Part shown: positions 43,498 to 51,878 of the stretch, piece by piece | How positions within the stretch are numbered: position 1 is the stretch's first letter | Layout of the letters: each line of letters opens with the position of its first letter | NCBI GenBank assembly: GCA_016207165.1 | Contig: JACQQD010000008.1 | Coordinates: 96,001 to 160,000, forward strand | Direction: 5' to 3' | DNA: 64,000 nucleotides | DNA from: Candidatus Micrarchaeota archaeon | GTDB taxonomy: Archaea > Micrarchaeota > Micrarchaeia > Norongarragalinales > Norongarragalinaceae | Position numbers and translations under genes: made by a program | The notes under the pieces: model-generated | What the model saw: the letters and a program-made list of their open reading frames with translations, nothing else | The model's database searches: none | Told to the model about the DNA's origin: nothing

Positions 43498-44664
43498 ATG
43501 CGATCCGTTTCCGTTATTGGCGTGGGGCAAACCAAGTTCGGCGAGCACTGGAACGATTCGCTTAGGGACTTGGTTACCGACGCGGGCGTGGCCGCCATTT
43601 CCGATGCGAACGTGGAAGGAAAGGACGTTCAAGCCGTTTTCGGCGGCTGCATGGCCGCCGGCCGCTTCATCGGCCAGGAGCACATCGGCGCGCTGTTGGC
43701 CGACCAAATGGGGTTGAACCCACTGCCGGCTGTACGCGTCGAGGCGGCGTGCGCGTCCGGCGGCGTGGCGCTTCGCATGGGGTACTTGGCTGTTGCTTCC
43801 GGCATGTACGACGTGGTGGCGGTGGCGGGTGTAGAGAAGATGACGGATGTGTCCACCGAGGACGCCGCCGTGGCGTTGGCGGGCGCCGGCGACCAGGAGT
43901 GGGAGTTGTTCAATGGCGCGACGTTTCCCGCGATTTACGCGTTGATGGCGCAGCGCCACATGCTTGATTTTGGGACGACGGAGGAGCAGATGGCGTTGTG
44001 TGCGGTCAAGAACCACGGCCATGCCGTGTCCAACCCGTATGCCCAGTTTCGTAAAGCCGTTTCCTTGGAGCAAGTCATGGATTCGGGGTACATTGCTTCT
44101 CCCCTCAAGTTGTTGGATTGCTCGCCGCTGACCGACGGCGCCGCCGCGTTGGTGTTGTGTGCATCCGAAAAAGCCAGTAAATTCACGGACAAGCCCGTGG
44201 ACGTCATGGCTTCAACCCAGGCTTCCGACACGCTGGCTCTCCACGAACGCGAGACGCTGACGGGGTTGAAGGCCACGCAGGTGGCCGGCAGGGACGCCTT
44301 CAAGCAAGCCGGCATTTCGCAGAAAGACGTGGATGTTTTGGAGTGCCATGACTGTTTCTCCATCGCGCAAATCATGGCGTTGGAGGACTTGGGTTTCTGC
44401 AGGAAGGGAACCGGCGGGAAATTCGTGGAAGAAGGCCGTTCGGACAAAGACGGCGAGATTCCGACGAATTTGTCCGGTGGGTTGAAAGCCGTCGGCCACC
44501 CGGTGGGCGCGTCGGGGGTTCGGGAAGCCATTGACGTGGTCCGGCAGTTGCGTGGCGACGCGCCGAAGGAAGTCCAATTGAAGGATGCAAAAATCGGTGT
44601 GTCGCACAACGTGGGCGGTTCCGGTGCCACGGTGGTCGTTCACGCATTCAAGAGAGGATTTTGA
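43498..44664 (+). CDS. acetoacetyl-CoA thiolase (archaeal)
   Basis: EAACASGG, GVEKM, HDCF, GHPVGASG, HNVGGSG. Confidence 0.93.
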   Translation: MRSVSVIGVGQTKFGEHWNDSLRDLVTDAGVAAISDANVEGKDVQAVFGGCMAAGRFIGQEHIGALLADQMGLNPLPAVRVEAACASGGVALRMGYLAVASGMYDVVAVAGVEKMTDVSTEDAAVALAGAGDQEWELFNGATFPAIYALMAQRHMLDFGTTEEQMALCAVKNHGHAVSNPYAQFRKAVSLEQVMDSGYIASPLKLLDCSPLTDGAAALVLCASEKASKFTDKPVDVMASTQASDTLALHERETLTGLKATQVAGRDAFKQAGISQKDVDVLECHDCFSIAQIMALEDLGFCRKGTGGKFVEEGRSDKDGEIPTNLSGGLKAVGHPVGASGVREAIDVVRQLRGDAPKEVQLKDAKIGVSHNVGGSGATVVVHAFKRGF

Positions 44665-44691
44665 TATGGTTGCGCGAGACGGGGTTTTGGC

Positions 44692-45102
44692 ATGAGGGAA
44701 GCCTTGCCTTTGATGTGGCGGAACATTGCGGAACGCTATAATTTGATTGGCACGCACTGCGCCACCTGCGGCTCGAATTACTATCCCCAGCGAAAAGTCT
44801 GTCCCAAGTGCCGTCGGAAAGGTCAGCTTGAGGGCCGCGTGTTCCCTGGAAAAGGCGTGATTTTGTCGTCAAGCCAGGTCTTCGTTTCTCCGAAGGGCTT
44901 CGAGCACGAAACGCCGTATTGGCTGGCCGTCGTTGAATTGGACAACCACGCTAAATTGTTGACGCAAGTCGTGGATTCCGCGGATGACCAAGTCAAGGCC
45001 GGCGCGCGGGTGGAAGTGGTTTTCCGCAAGATCTACGAAGACAGCCACGAGGGAGCCATTGCCTACGGCTACAAATTCAAAGTCGTGCCCGGCGGCAAGT
45101 AG
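44692..45102 (+). CDS. DUF35 Zn-ribbon/OB-fold scaffold protein
   Basis: CATC...CPKC and a GYKF tail. Known partner of archaeal thiolase and HMG-CoA synthase. Confidence 0.92.
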   Translation: MREALPLMWRNIAERYNLIGTHCATCGSNYYPQRKVCPKCRRKGQLEGRVFPGKGVILSSSQVFVSPKGFEHETPYWLAVVELDNHAKLLTQVVDSADDQVKAGARVEVVFRKIYEDSHEGAIAYGYKFKVVPGGK

Positions 45103-45124
45103 TTTTTCATTCGGGTGCTTTTGA

Positions 45125-45412
45125 GTGTCGCAGGAACCCCACTTGTACTACTTTTTTGGGAGGGAATGCAGTTGGTGCGAGAAAATGCATCCGTTGGTGG
45201 ATCTTTTTGAACACAAGGAAAACGTGAAATTCGTGCAACTGGAAGTCTGGCACAACACGCAAAACCAGGAGAAACTCAAGGAGTTCGCCGAAGCGATTCG
45301 GCCCGCGTGCGGGGGACGGTTGGCGGTTCCCGCGTTTTACAATTTGGAAACCAGAAAAGCCTTGTGCGGGTACGTGGACTACGAGGCGTTGAAAAAGTGG
45401 GCGTTGGGTTGA
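45125..45412 (+). CDS. thioredoxin/glutaredoxin-like protein
   Basis: CSWC motif, EVWHN, VPAF. Confidence 0.8.
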   Translation: MSQEPHLYYFFGRECSWCEKMHPLVDLFEHKENVKFVQLEVWHNTQNQEKLKEFAEAIRPACGGRLAVPAFYNLETRKALCGYVDYEALKKWALG

Positions 45413-45418
45413 ATTGCT

Positions 45419-45856
45419 TCAGCCTTCCACGATGACGGTGCCTTTCACGCCGGAATCAAGTTCTTCAAACGAGTACTCGCCGGGTTCGGTGAACTGTTTT
45501 TCGAATTTTTCTTTGTAATTGAGCGGTTCGGAGAGCTCTTCTTCCAGTGAAATTATTTTTTGCTTTTGGCTGTCGTAATTGATCCATTGCACGATGGTTC
45601 CTGTTTTGACGGTGGTGGTTTCCGGCGTCAATCCGTTTTCGGAGAGCAGGATTTGCCGGGCCAGGGTTTGCGGGTCCGGCGCGCTTTCAAGTTCGGAGGG
45701 TGGTTGGGCATCCAGGTTTTCTCCGGGGGTTATTTGGTCAACGGTTTGACTGATTCGGTTATCCAAGTCCCGGAACGAGGGCGAGTCGGAAATGGGTTGC
45801 GTCTGGACGCATCCCAGAAGAGCCAAACCCAAAACAAGCAGCATCCATTTCATCAA
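45419..45856 (-). CDS. lipoprotein with cupredoxin-like domain
   Basis: LLGC lipobox; P....VKTGTIVQWIN...FTEPGEY...KGTVIV. Copper ligands absent. Confidence 0.75.
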   Translation of the reverse strand: MMKWMLLVLGLALLGCVQTQPISDSPSFRDLDNRISQTVDQITPGENLDAQPPSELESAPDPQTLARQILLSENGLTPETTTVKTGTIVQWINYDSQKQKIISLEEELSEPLNYKEKFEKQFTEPGEYSFEELDSGVKGTVIVEG

Positions 45857-45862
45857 AAACGC

Positions 45863-46780
45863 TCACCTGGATAACGCTTGCAAGTCAAGATATTGGTCGT
45901 TGACCGTGCACCCTCGGCCGTCCACCCACTTGCAGAAATTGATTCCCAACGCGCCTCCTTGTCCGGTGCTACGGCATTGGGCCTCCGGAATTTTCTGGCA
46001 TTGCTTCTCCAGTTGCGCAATGGCGGGATCGTTGTTGCGCACGGTTTCCGGAGTTGCAGCGTATGCGCCGGGGTTGGTGCAACATACTTCTTGGGGCGAC
46101 TGGCAACTTTGGAATCCGTTGAATGCCTGAGCGATGGCTGGCACGATGTACGCGTCGCTTCCGCCGAATTGGCGAGCCAGTTTCTTGACTTTCTCTTGGA
46201 ATTGCCCGTCCCTGACGATGTCCTTGGCTTCCGTCATTTTCCTCCAGCCTGGTTCTTGAGAGGAAGTGGGGCATTGGGTGACGAAGCACTGCCCGCTTCT
46301 GTGTTCCAGCGTTACGTCAACAATGCCGCGGTAGGGCCACGTTTTTGGGTTATTGGAGTCATACAATCGGGGCTCGTAGCCGCGGTGCGTGATGACGTGG
46401 CCTGTGGACAATAGGTTCAGGTCGCCCACGCAAGCCCCTCGGCCTCGAATGGCGGGCGGAGCCGGCTGGGGTTTGGGTGGCGCCCCTTTCACGGTGACGA
46501 CTTGGTTGTTCGTGCCCAAAATTTTTCGTTCGTCGTCTTGCTGGTAGGCTACGGTGGTAATAACGAAATATTTGCCTGGAGTTACCTGCAAATTCACTTG
46601 CTTTGCCGGTGGGCCTCGCTCCGAATATTGTCGTTTATACTCGGCATCCGCAAAATAGGGCACGTTAAACTTGTTGGCCACGGTTTGGCGGTCGCTGAAT
46701 CGCTGGACGACGATGTCGATGGTTGGGGCAACCGGGCCGGTGTAGTCGATGCGTGTGGTGACTACAACTATAGTCTCCAC
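45863..46780 (-). CDS. Cys-containing hypothetical protein, possibly the C-terminal part of a frameshifted gene
   Basis: Overlaps the upstream ORF by 116 nt. No signal peptide despite an extracellular-type Cys pattern. Confidence 0.6.
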   Translation of the reverse strand: METIVVVTTRIDYTGPVAPTIDIVVQRFSDRQTVANKFNVPYFADAEYKRQYSERGPPAKQVNLQVTPGKYFVITTVAYQQDDERKILGTNNQVVTVKGAPPKPQPAPPAIRGRGACVGDLNLLSTGHVITHRGYEPRLYDSNNPKTWPYRGIVDVTLEHRSGQCFVTQCPTSSQEPGWRKMTEAKDIVRDGQFQEKVKKLARQFGGSDAYIVPAIAQAFNGFQSCQSPQEVCCTNPGAYAATPETVRNNDPAIAQLEKQCQKIPEAQCRSTGQGGALGINFCKWVDGRGCTVNDQYLDLQALSR

Positions 46781-48257
46781 TGGATTTTACGCTAACACTT
46801 CGGAGTCGGCCTTCGCCTGGCAGCGACGACGCAGGTTCGGGTTCTTGAGGACCGGAAACCTGAACTTCCTTGGGCGTTTCGGTGGCCTCTTTGGGCGTTG
46901 TGGCCGGCGGCTCCGGCAAGTCCAGGTCCGCGGTTTGGCGGATGGTCAAGACCACGTATTGTTTGGGGATGCGTTCCAGCCATGGCGCGTCCAAGGGGTT
47001 GTCACCGTTTTTGACTTGGTCTTTGTAGGCGGCCGCAATTTGTTCACGGGTGGGCCGGCTGAACATGAATTGGAGGGCGATTTTTTCCTTGGCTTCTTTT
47101 TCGCCAAGCTTAGCGCCGGCGGCCAAGCGGTCGGCGCTGGGAAGCGTCGACGTTTTTCCGTTGGAAAGCGCGACTTGAGAGACGATGTCGTTGCCTTGGA
47201 ACGTGTTTTGCCCGCCGACGTTGAACGAATGGCCCCAAAAGTCCTTGAGCTTGAACCGGATGCCTCCGTCCTGCGAGGCGTCAATGATTTCAATGCGGTA
47301 ACCTTGGCCGAATGTCAACGTCACCGGCGCGTTGGCGATTTGGCTGACGTCCAGCAAGTATTGGGCGGTTTGTTGGGGTTTCACGTGGTGGGCGACGGCG
47401 GCCAGTTCCGGTGCGGCAAAGCGCTTGGGCGTTGGCTGGTAGCCCTTGGATTCGCCGCGGAAGACTTCCGGGTACGCGTCCATGAACACGGCGTAGTCGC
47501 CGTTGGGCGCGTATTGGAGTTGCGTTCGGCCACTCCACGAGAAAGCGGGCGACGTTCCCGTCGGTCTTCGGAGTCGTCCGGGGTTGACGCTGCGCCGGAT
47601 TTCCAGCGAGTCGAAACGCGGAGCGGATCCGGCTATGGACTGGAAAGCGGCTTCGTCGAAAATCACGGGTTTGGCCATGGCCACGATTTTGGCGTTGTCG
47701 GCTTGGGCGTCAAGCCACCCGCCGCGGACCACGTCCGTGCTGTCGTAGCGGAGCGCAACCGAAGGGATGTGAAACAAAGGGTAGAACTGGCCATACGCCT
47801 TGGTGACTTCCTGTTTCAGTTGGGCGTCCGTTTTCGCGTTTAGTTCTTTGTCGATTCGCTCGGATTTGACGAAGTCGCTTGGGAAAGAGAGGGCGGTTTT
47901 CGGGGTCTTGGATTGCCAGACGCTGGCGTCGTTGCCGGCGGCACGGATTTCAATGACTACGACGAATTCACTGCTTTTCGGGGACGCCAAAGGGGTGGCC
48001 TTGATCAGTTCGTCTTTGGATGCGTAGTTTTCCAAGGACAAGTCGGCTTGGATGTTCACGAAGTTTCTTTGTTCCGCCGACGTTTTTTCAACCAAAACGA
48101 ATGCGCCATCGGTTTTTTCGACGGCGTCCACCGAATCCAGGGTGTAGGTTCCCCCGTCTGAAAGCGGGTGGAACGAGATGCTGACCGGCGCCGCGGATGC
48201 GGCGGACGCAAAAAGAATGAGGACGGCCAGGATGTGCCAAGCGGACCGATCGTGCAT
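46665..48257 (-). CDS. secreted hypothetical protein
   Basis: Signal peptide ending ASAASA. The last ~37 aa look out of frame. Confidence 0.75.
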   Translation of the reverse strand: MHDRSAWHILAVLILFASAASAAPVSISFHPLSDGGTYTLDSVDAVEKTDGAFVLVEKTSAEQRNFVNIQADLSLENYASKDELIKATPLASPKSSEFVVVIEIRAAGNDASVWQSKTPKTALSFPSDFVKSERIDKELNAKTDAQLKQEVTKAYGQFYPLFHIPSVALRYDSTDVVRGGWLDAQADNAKIVAMAKPVIFDEAAFQSIAGSAPRFDSLEIRRSVNPGRLRRPTGTSPAFSWSGRTQLQYAPNGDYAVFMDAYPEVFRGESKGYQPTPKRFAAPELAAVAHHVKPQQTAQYLLDVSQIANAPVTLTFGQGYRIEIIDASQDGGIRFKLKDFWGHSFNVGGQNTFQGNDIVSQVALSNGKTSTLPSADRLAAGAKLGEKEAKEKIALQFMFSRPTREQIAAAYKDQVKNGDNPLDAPWLERIPKQYVVLTIRQTADLDLPEPPATTPKEATETPKEVQVSGPQEPEPASSLPGEGRLRSVSVKSSGDYSCSHHTHRLHRPGCPNHRHRRPAIQRPPNRGQQV

Positions 48258-48381
48258 GGTGTGTTATACGCGTTGAAAGCGCTTAAAAGGGTTTTGGGGT
48301 TTCCAGGTTCCGGCTTCGGAATCTTTTTAACCGCCCGAAGCCTGCTTGTTGTTCGGAAGGCCTTTTTCGGGCGGTTTTTTC

Positions 48382-49215
48382 ATGATCGGCATTTACTCGA
48401 ATTTTGAAGAGTTTTCGAAAGTCGCCGAACAAATGGGCGTCAAGGACGACTTGCGGGCGTTGTTGACGCTGAACCTCATCTTTTTCGAGCGGTACGAGGA
48501 TTACTCGATTGTCAGCGTGAGGGATTACTCGGATTCGCCCAACAACATTCTGGTTTTGTCCAAGGACAAGACGGTTTTGTATTCGGAGAAGCAGATCACG
48601 CAACGCGATTTCCGGTTGTTCAAGTACACGGTGCAGAAGACGTACGGCGAGTCCACGGCCTTGACGCTTCTGGTTTTAAAGGAAGTGTTGCGGTCGTACA
48701 CGAAGCATTTCGACAAGATCAATGCCGAGATCGACACGTATTCCGGGGTCAAGGACCTCGACAAAATCGAGTTGACCACCGTCAACTTGCGTAAACTCAC
48801 GGTGGACGTGGAGGACTTCCAGAACTTGTTGTATACGTTGGAGGACCGAAAAGTCCGGGAATTCCGCACCGAGTACTTGGAGTACGACTACGACTTGGTG
48901 TTGGCGCGCACCCAGCACTTGTTGGACCGGTGCCGGAACCACTTGCAGGAACTGCGCGACTTGCGGTCGGAAGTCGAGGTGCGGGCCACCGCCGACTTGA
49001 ACCGGAGCATCAAGAGCTTGACGGTGGTCATGATGTTTTTGACCATCATCACCGTGGTGTTGTCGGTTCCCAACACCGTGGCCACCGTGTTCGGCGTGCC
49101 TCCGATTGCCGCGTTGTACGACCCCCAGACGATTTTGGCCATCGTGGTTTTGTCCATGGTTGTGGCGGCGGCTTGGGGCGTGCATTACTGGACGAAAAAA
49201 AAGCTGGAGTTGTAG
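48382..49215 (+). CDS. CorA-like divalent cation transporter
   Basis: Helical soluble domain, LNRSIKSLTVV, two C-terminal TMs. GMN is replaced by GVP. Confidence 0.75.
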   Translation: MIGIYSNFEEFSKVAEQMGVKDDLRALLTLNLIFFERYEDYSIVSVRDYSDSPNNILVLSKDKTVLYSEKQITQRDFRLFKYTVQKTYGESTALTLLVLKEVLRSYTKHFDKINAEIDTYSGVKDLDKIELTTVNLRKLTVDVEDFQNLLYTLEDRKVREFRTEYLEYDYDLVLARTQHLLDRCRNHLQELRDLRSEVEVRATADLNRSIKSLTVVMMFLTIITVVLSVPNTVATVFGVPPIAALYDPQTILAIVVLSMVVAAAWGVHYWTKKKLEL

Positions 49216-49219
49216 CCGA

Positions 49220-49645
49220 ATGGAATCCTGGATTGTTTACGCGTTGGTCGCCGTCTTGTTGTTGGGCGTGTCGAACTTCTTGTTTAAAACAGTGGTCAAC
49301 GCCGTTGAATCCGAGGACTTGAAGTTGGAGGCCGCGTGGCCGGTTTTGGCCGTTTTTTTTGGGGCGGCATTGCTGGTGGCGTTGGCTTACGTCTACTTCG
49401 TCATCCAGCCGCCCGCGACGCTGCTTTTGTCCGTGGCGGCGTTGGCGGTTCTGTCCATGGTCGCGGTGGGCTTCATCTTTTTGTCGCTCAAGACGGGCAA
49501 GGTGGCGGTGGTCACCGCTTTGCTTGGTTTGAGCGCCGTGGTCGTCGGCGTTTTGTCTTATGCCTTCTTGGGCGACCGGTTTTCGGCCAAGGAATTGGTG
49601 GGAATGGGTTTGGCGTTGGCGGCCGTGTGGGCGCTTGCCGCGTAA
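49220..49645 (+). CDS. EamA/DMT single-domain transporter
   Basis: Five TMs; SLKTGKVAVVTAL...FLGDRFS..ELVG. Confidence 0.8.
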   Translation: MESWIVYALVAVLLLGVSNFLFKTVVNAVESEDLKLEAAWPVLAVFFGAALLVALAYVYFVIQPPATLLLSVAALAVLSMVAVGFIFLSLKTGKVAVVTALLGLSAVVVGVLSYAFLGDRFSAKELVGMGLALAAVWALAA

Positions 49646-49652
49646 GGGGCGT

Positions 49653-50774
49653 TCAGTCTTTTTGGAGTTTGAGGACGTCGACTTTCCTGCCGTTCTCGAA
49701 TTGGCGGAGTTTTCGGCGCGTGTGTCCGGGGTTGGGGTATCTTTTTTCGAGTTGTTTTCGCCGTTCCTGGAGTTGTCGGACGCGGTCGTCGCCTAAGGCG
49801 TTGGCCCCAATTTCAAGGGCGTTGTGGATTTGCTCCAATTCGTCCAAGTCGAGGTGGACTTCCATGTATTTTTCGTATTCGCGGCGGTCGTTGGCCAACC
49901 GGTTTTGCAGTTCCAGCCACTCGTCTTCTTTCCCTGGTTCCGGGGGCTCGTCGGCCAGCCGCGCCGTGCTTTGTTTGAAATAGGAGAACAGCCGTTCATG
50001 GCGTTCTTCGGGAGTTGCGGGAGCCTTTTGAGTTCGGGATGTCGCGGGAAGCGTTTTTTCAAGGACGTGCCAGACGCGTCCGCCGGTGGCCCTGGAAAGC
50101 ATGCGATCGCCCCACAAGCGCAGGGCGTCTTGTTCGGTGCGGGGTCGCTTGGGCTGGGAAACCAATTCGCGCAAGGCGTCCAGCATCCGCAGCGTGATGG
50201 CCAGTCCCTGGAAGTTCTTCTCGATTTTCTGGCTTTCCTTGTGCAGGTGCTCCATGTTTTCTCGAATCTGTTCTTGGGTCAGCAAGCCGTCGTCGGGGCG
50301 CGGGTGCCGGACTAAATTCTTGGCTTTATAGAACAAGGGGTAGCGTTGCCTGCCGAGTTTTTCGTGCCACCTTCGCCGTACCAGCGTGCGGGCGGGTAAA
50401 AACAGGCCGCTGGCCGCGGAGTAGAAGAACATGTGTTCGGGGTCTCCCACGGCGTGCGAGAAGGCCGCTCCCAAAGCCGAGGCGTGAAGCACGTCGCTGA
50501 GTTTTACGGATTCGGCTTTTCCGGTGTCCGTGGGGATGGGCAGCGGGTTTTCGCCGCGGACGATGGACAGCCGCGTTTCCGGGTTCGCGACGATGGCTTT
50601 CAGCGCCAGGTGGACGTAGTATTCTTGTTCGACGTCGCGGATGCGGCTTTCCACGATTTTTCGGGCCCGATTCGCATCCCAGTCTTTCAGGCGCAACGCG
50701 TATTCCTTGAGCATCTGGTTGGAAATGGTCCGGAAGCGGGAGGGCAAAGGCGAGCGGAAGGGTTTTTCACGCAT
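49653..50774 (-). CDS. hypothetical Arg/Glu-rich helical protein
   Basis: 373-aa ORF filling the gap between convergent and divergent neighbours. Confidence 0.7.
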   Translation of the reverse strand: MREKPFRSPLPSRFRTISNQMLKEYALRLKDWDANRARKIVESRIRDVEQEYYVHLALKAIVANPETRLSIVRGENPLPIPTDTGKAESVKLSDVLHASALGAAFSHAVGDPEHMFFYSAASGLFLPARTLVRRRWHEKLGRQRYPLFYKAKNLVRHPRPDDGLLTQEQIRENMEHLHKESQKIEKNFQGLAITLRMLDALRELVSQPKRPRTEQDALRLWGDRMLSRATGGRVWHVLEKTLPATSRTQKAPATPEERHERLFSYFKQSTARLADEPPEPGKEDEWLELQNRLANDRREYEKYMEVHLDLDELEQIHNALEIGANALGDDRVRQLQERRKQLEKRYPNPGHTRRKLRQFENGRKVDVLKLQKD

Positions 50775-50927
50775 ATGGCTTTCCTGGTGTTCCCTCCAAT
50801 ATTAGGCTTTTTTCTGGGGTCAAACCCAAGAAATAAAAGCCACCGCGGCAAAAATTTTTTCACGTTTCTTGGGCGGTGAAGCCGTTTATTGGTACGCGGC
50901 CCAATTGGTTTTCGAGGGATTTACTTT

Positions 50928-51878
50928 ATGGACTTTGATTTTGACGTGTTGATTGTCGGCGCGGGCGCCGCGGGCTTGACGGCGGCTTTGTACACGTGCC
51001 GGAAAAACCTCAAGACGGCCATCGTCTCCATTGACGTGGGGGGGCAGACGAATTTGACGTCCAACATCGAGAACTATCCTGGGGTTGAACCCATGCATGG
51101 CGCGGTTTTGATGCAGAAGTTCCTCAAGCAAGCGCAGGGCGTGGGCGCCCAACTGATTTCCGGCAAAGTCGGCAGGATTGAAAAAATCGAGAACGGTTTT
51201 CGCGTCAACCTCAAGGACGGCCAAGCGTTTACGTCCAAATGCGTGCTGTTGGCTTTTGGCAAAGTCCCGCGCACCCTGGGCATTCCTGGGGAGGACCACT
51301 TTTTTGGGAAAGGCGTGTCGACTTGCGTCACGTGCGACGGGCCCCTGTTTCGGGGTAAGGACGTCGTGGTGGTGGGCGGCGGCAATTCCGCCATTGAAGG
51401 CGCTTTGGAACTGGCGGAAATCGCGAACAAGGTTTATTTGGTGCACCGCCGGGACGCGTTTAGGGCGGACGAAATCACGGTGCAGAAGCTGAAGTCCCAC
51501 AAGAACATGGAGTTGGTCTTGAATTCGGCGGCGGTGGAAGTCAGAGGCCAAAAATTCATTGACACGGTGGTCGTTCAAGACGTCAACACCAAGGCCACGC
51601 GCGACTTGGCCGTCAAAGGCATGTTTTTGGAGATTGGCTTCATCATGGACATTTCCATGCTGGAGGGGTTGAACGTGAACGTCAACGCCAAGAAGGAGAT
51701 CTTATCGGATTCCGTGACGTGCCACACCAACGTTCCTGGATTGTTTGCCGCCGGGGACTGCACGGCGATTCCTTTCAAGCAGACCGTCATTTCGGCGGGC
51801 GAGGGCGCCAAGGCGGCGTTGGAAATCCATCGTCACATGACTGGAGCGAAAGGCATTGCCCTGGATTGGGACCATTAA
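50928..51878 (+). CDS. trxB: thioredoxin reductase
   Basis: GAGAAG, IENYPG, GVSTCVTCDG, GGGNSA, VHRRD, FAAGD. Confidence 0.93.
   Translation: MDFDFDVLIVGAGAAGLTAALYTCRKNLKTAIVSIDVGGQTNLTSNIENYPGVEPMHGAVLMQKFLKQAQGVGAQLISGKVGRIEKIENGFRVNLKDGQAFTSKCVLLAFGKVPRTLGIPGEDHFFGKGVSTCVTCDGPLFRGKDVVVVGGGNSAIEGALELAEIANKVYLVHRRDAFRADEITVQKLKSHKNMELVLNSAAVEVRGQKFIDTVVVQDVNTKATRDLAVKGMFLEIGFIMDISMLEGLNVNVNAKKEILSDSVTCHTNVPGLFAAGDCTAIPFKQTVISAGEGAKAALEIHRHMTGAKGIALDWDH

Noticed and set aside
50805-50875. Hairpins between the 373-aa gene and trxB as a fourth copy of the structured repeat
   Set aside because: A CCCAAGAAA/TTTCTTGGG stem is present, but the conserved loop (TTTC..GAC..AATAG) and TATAGCAA end are absent.
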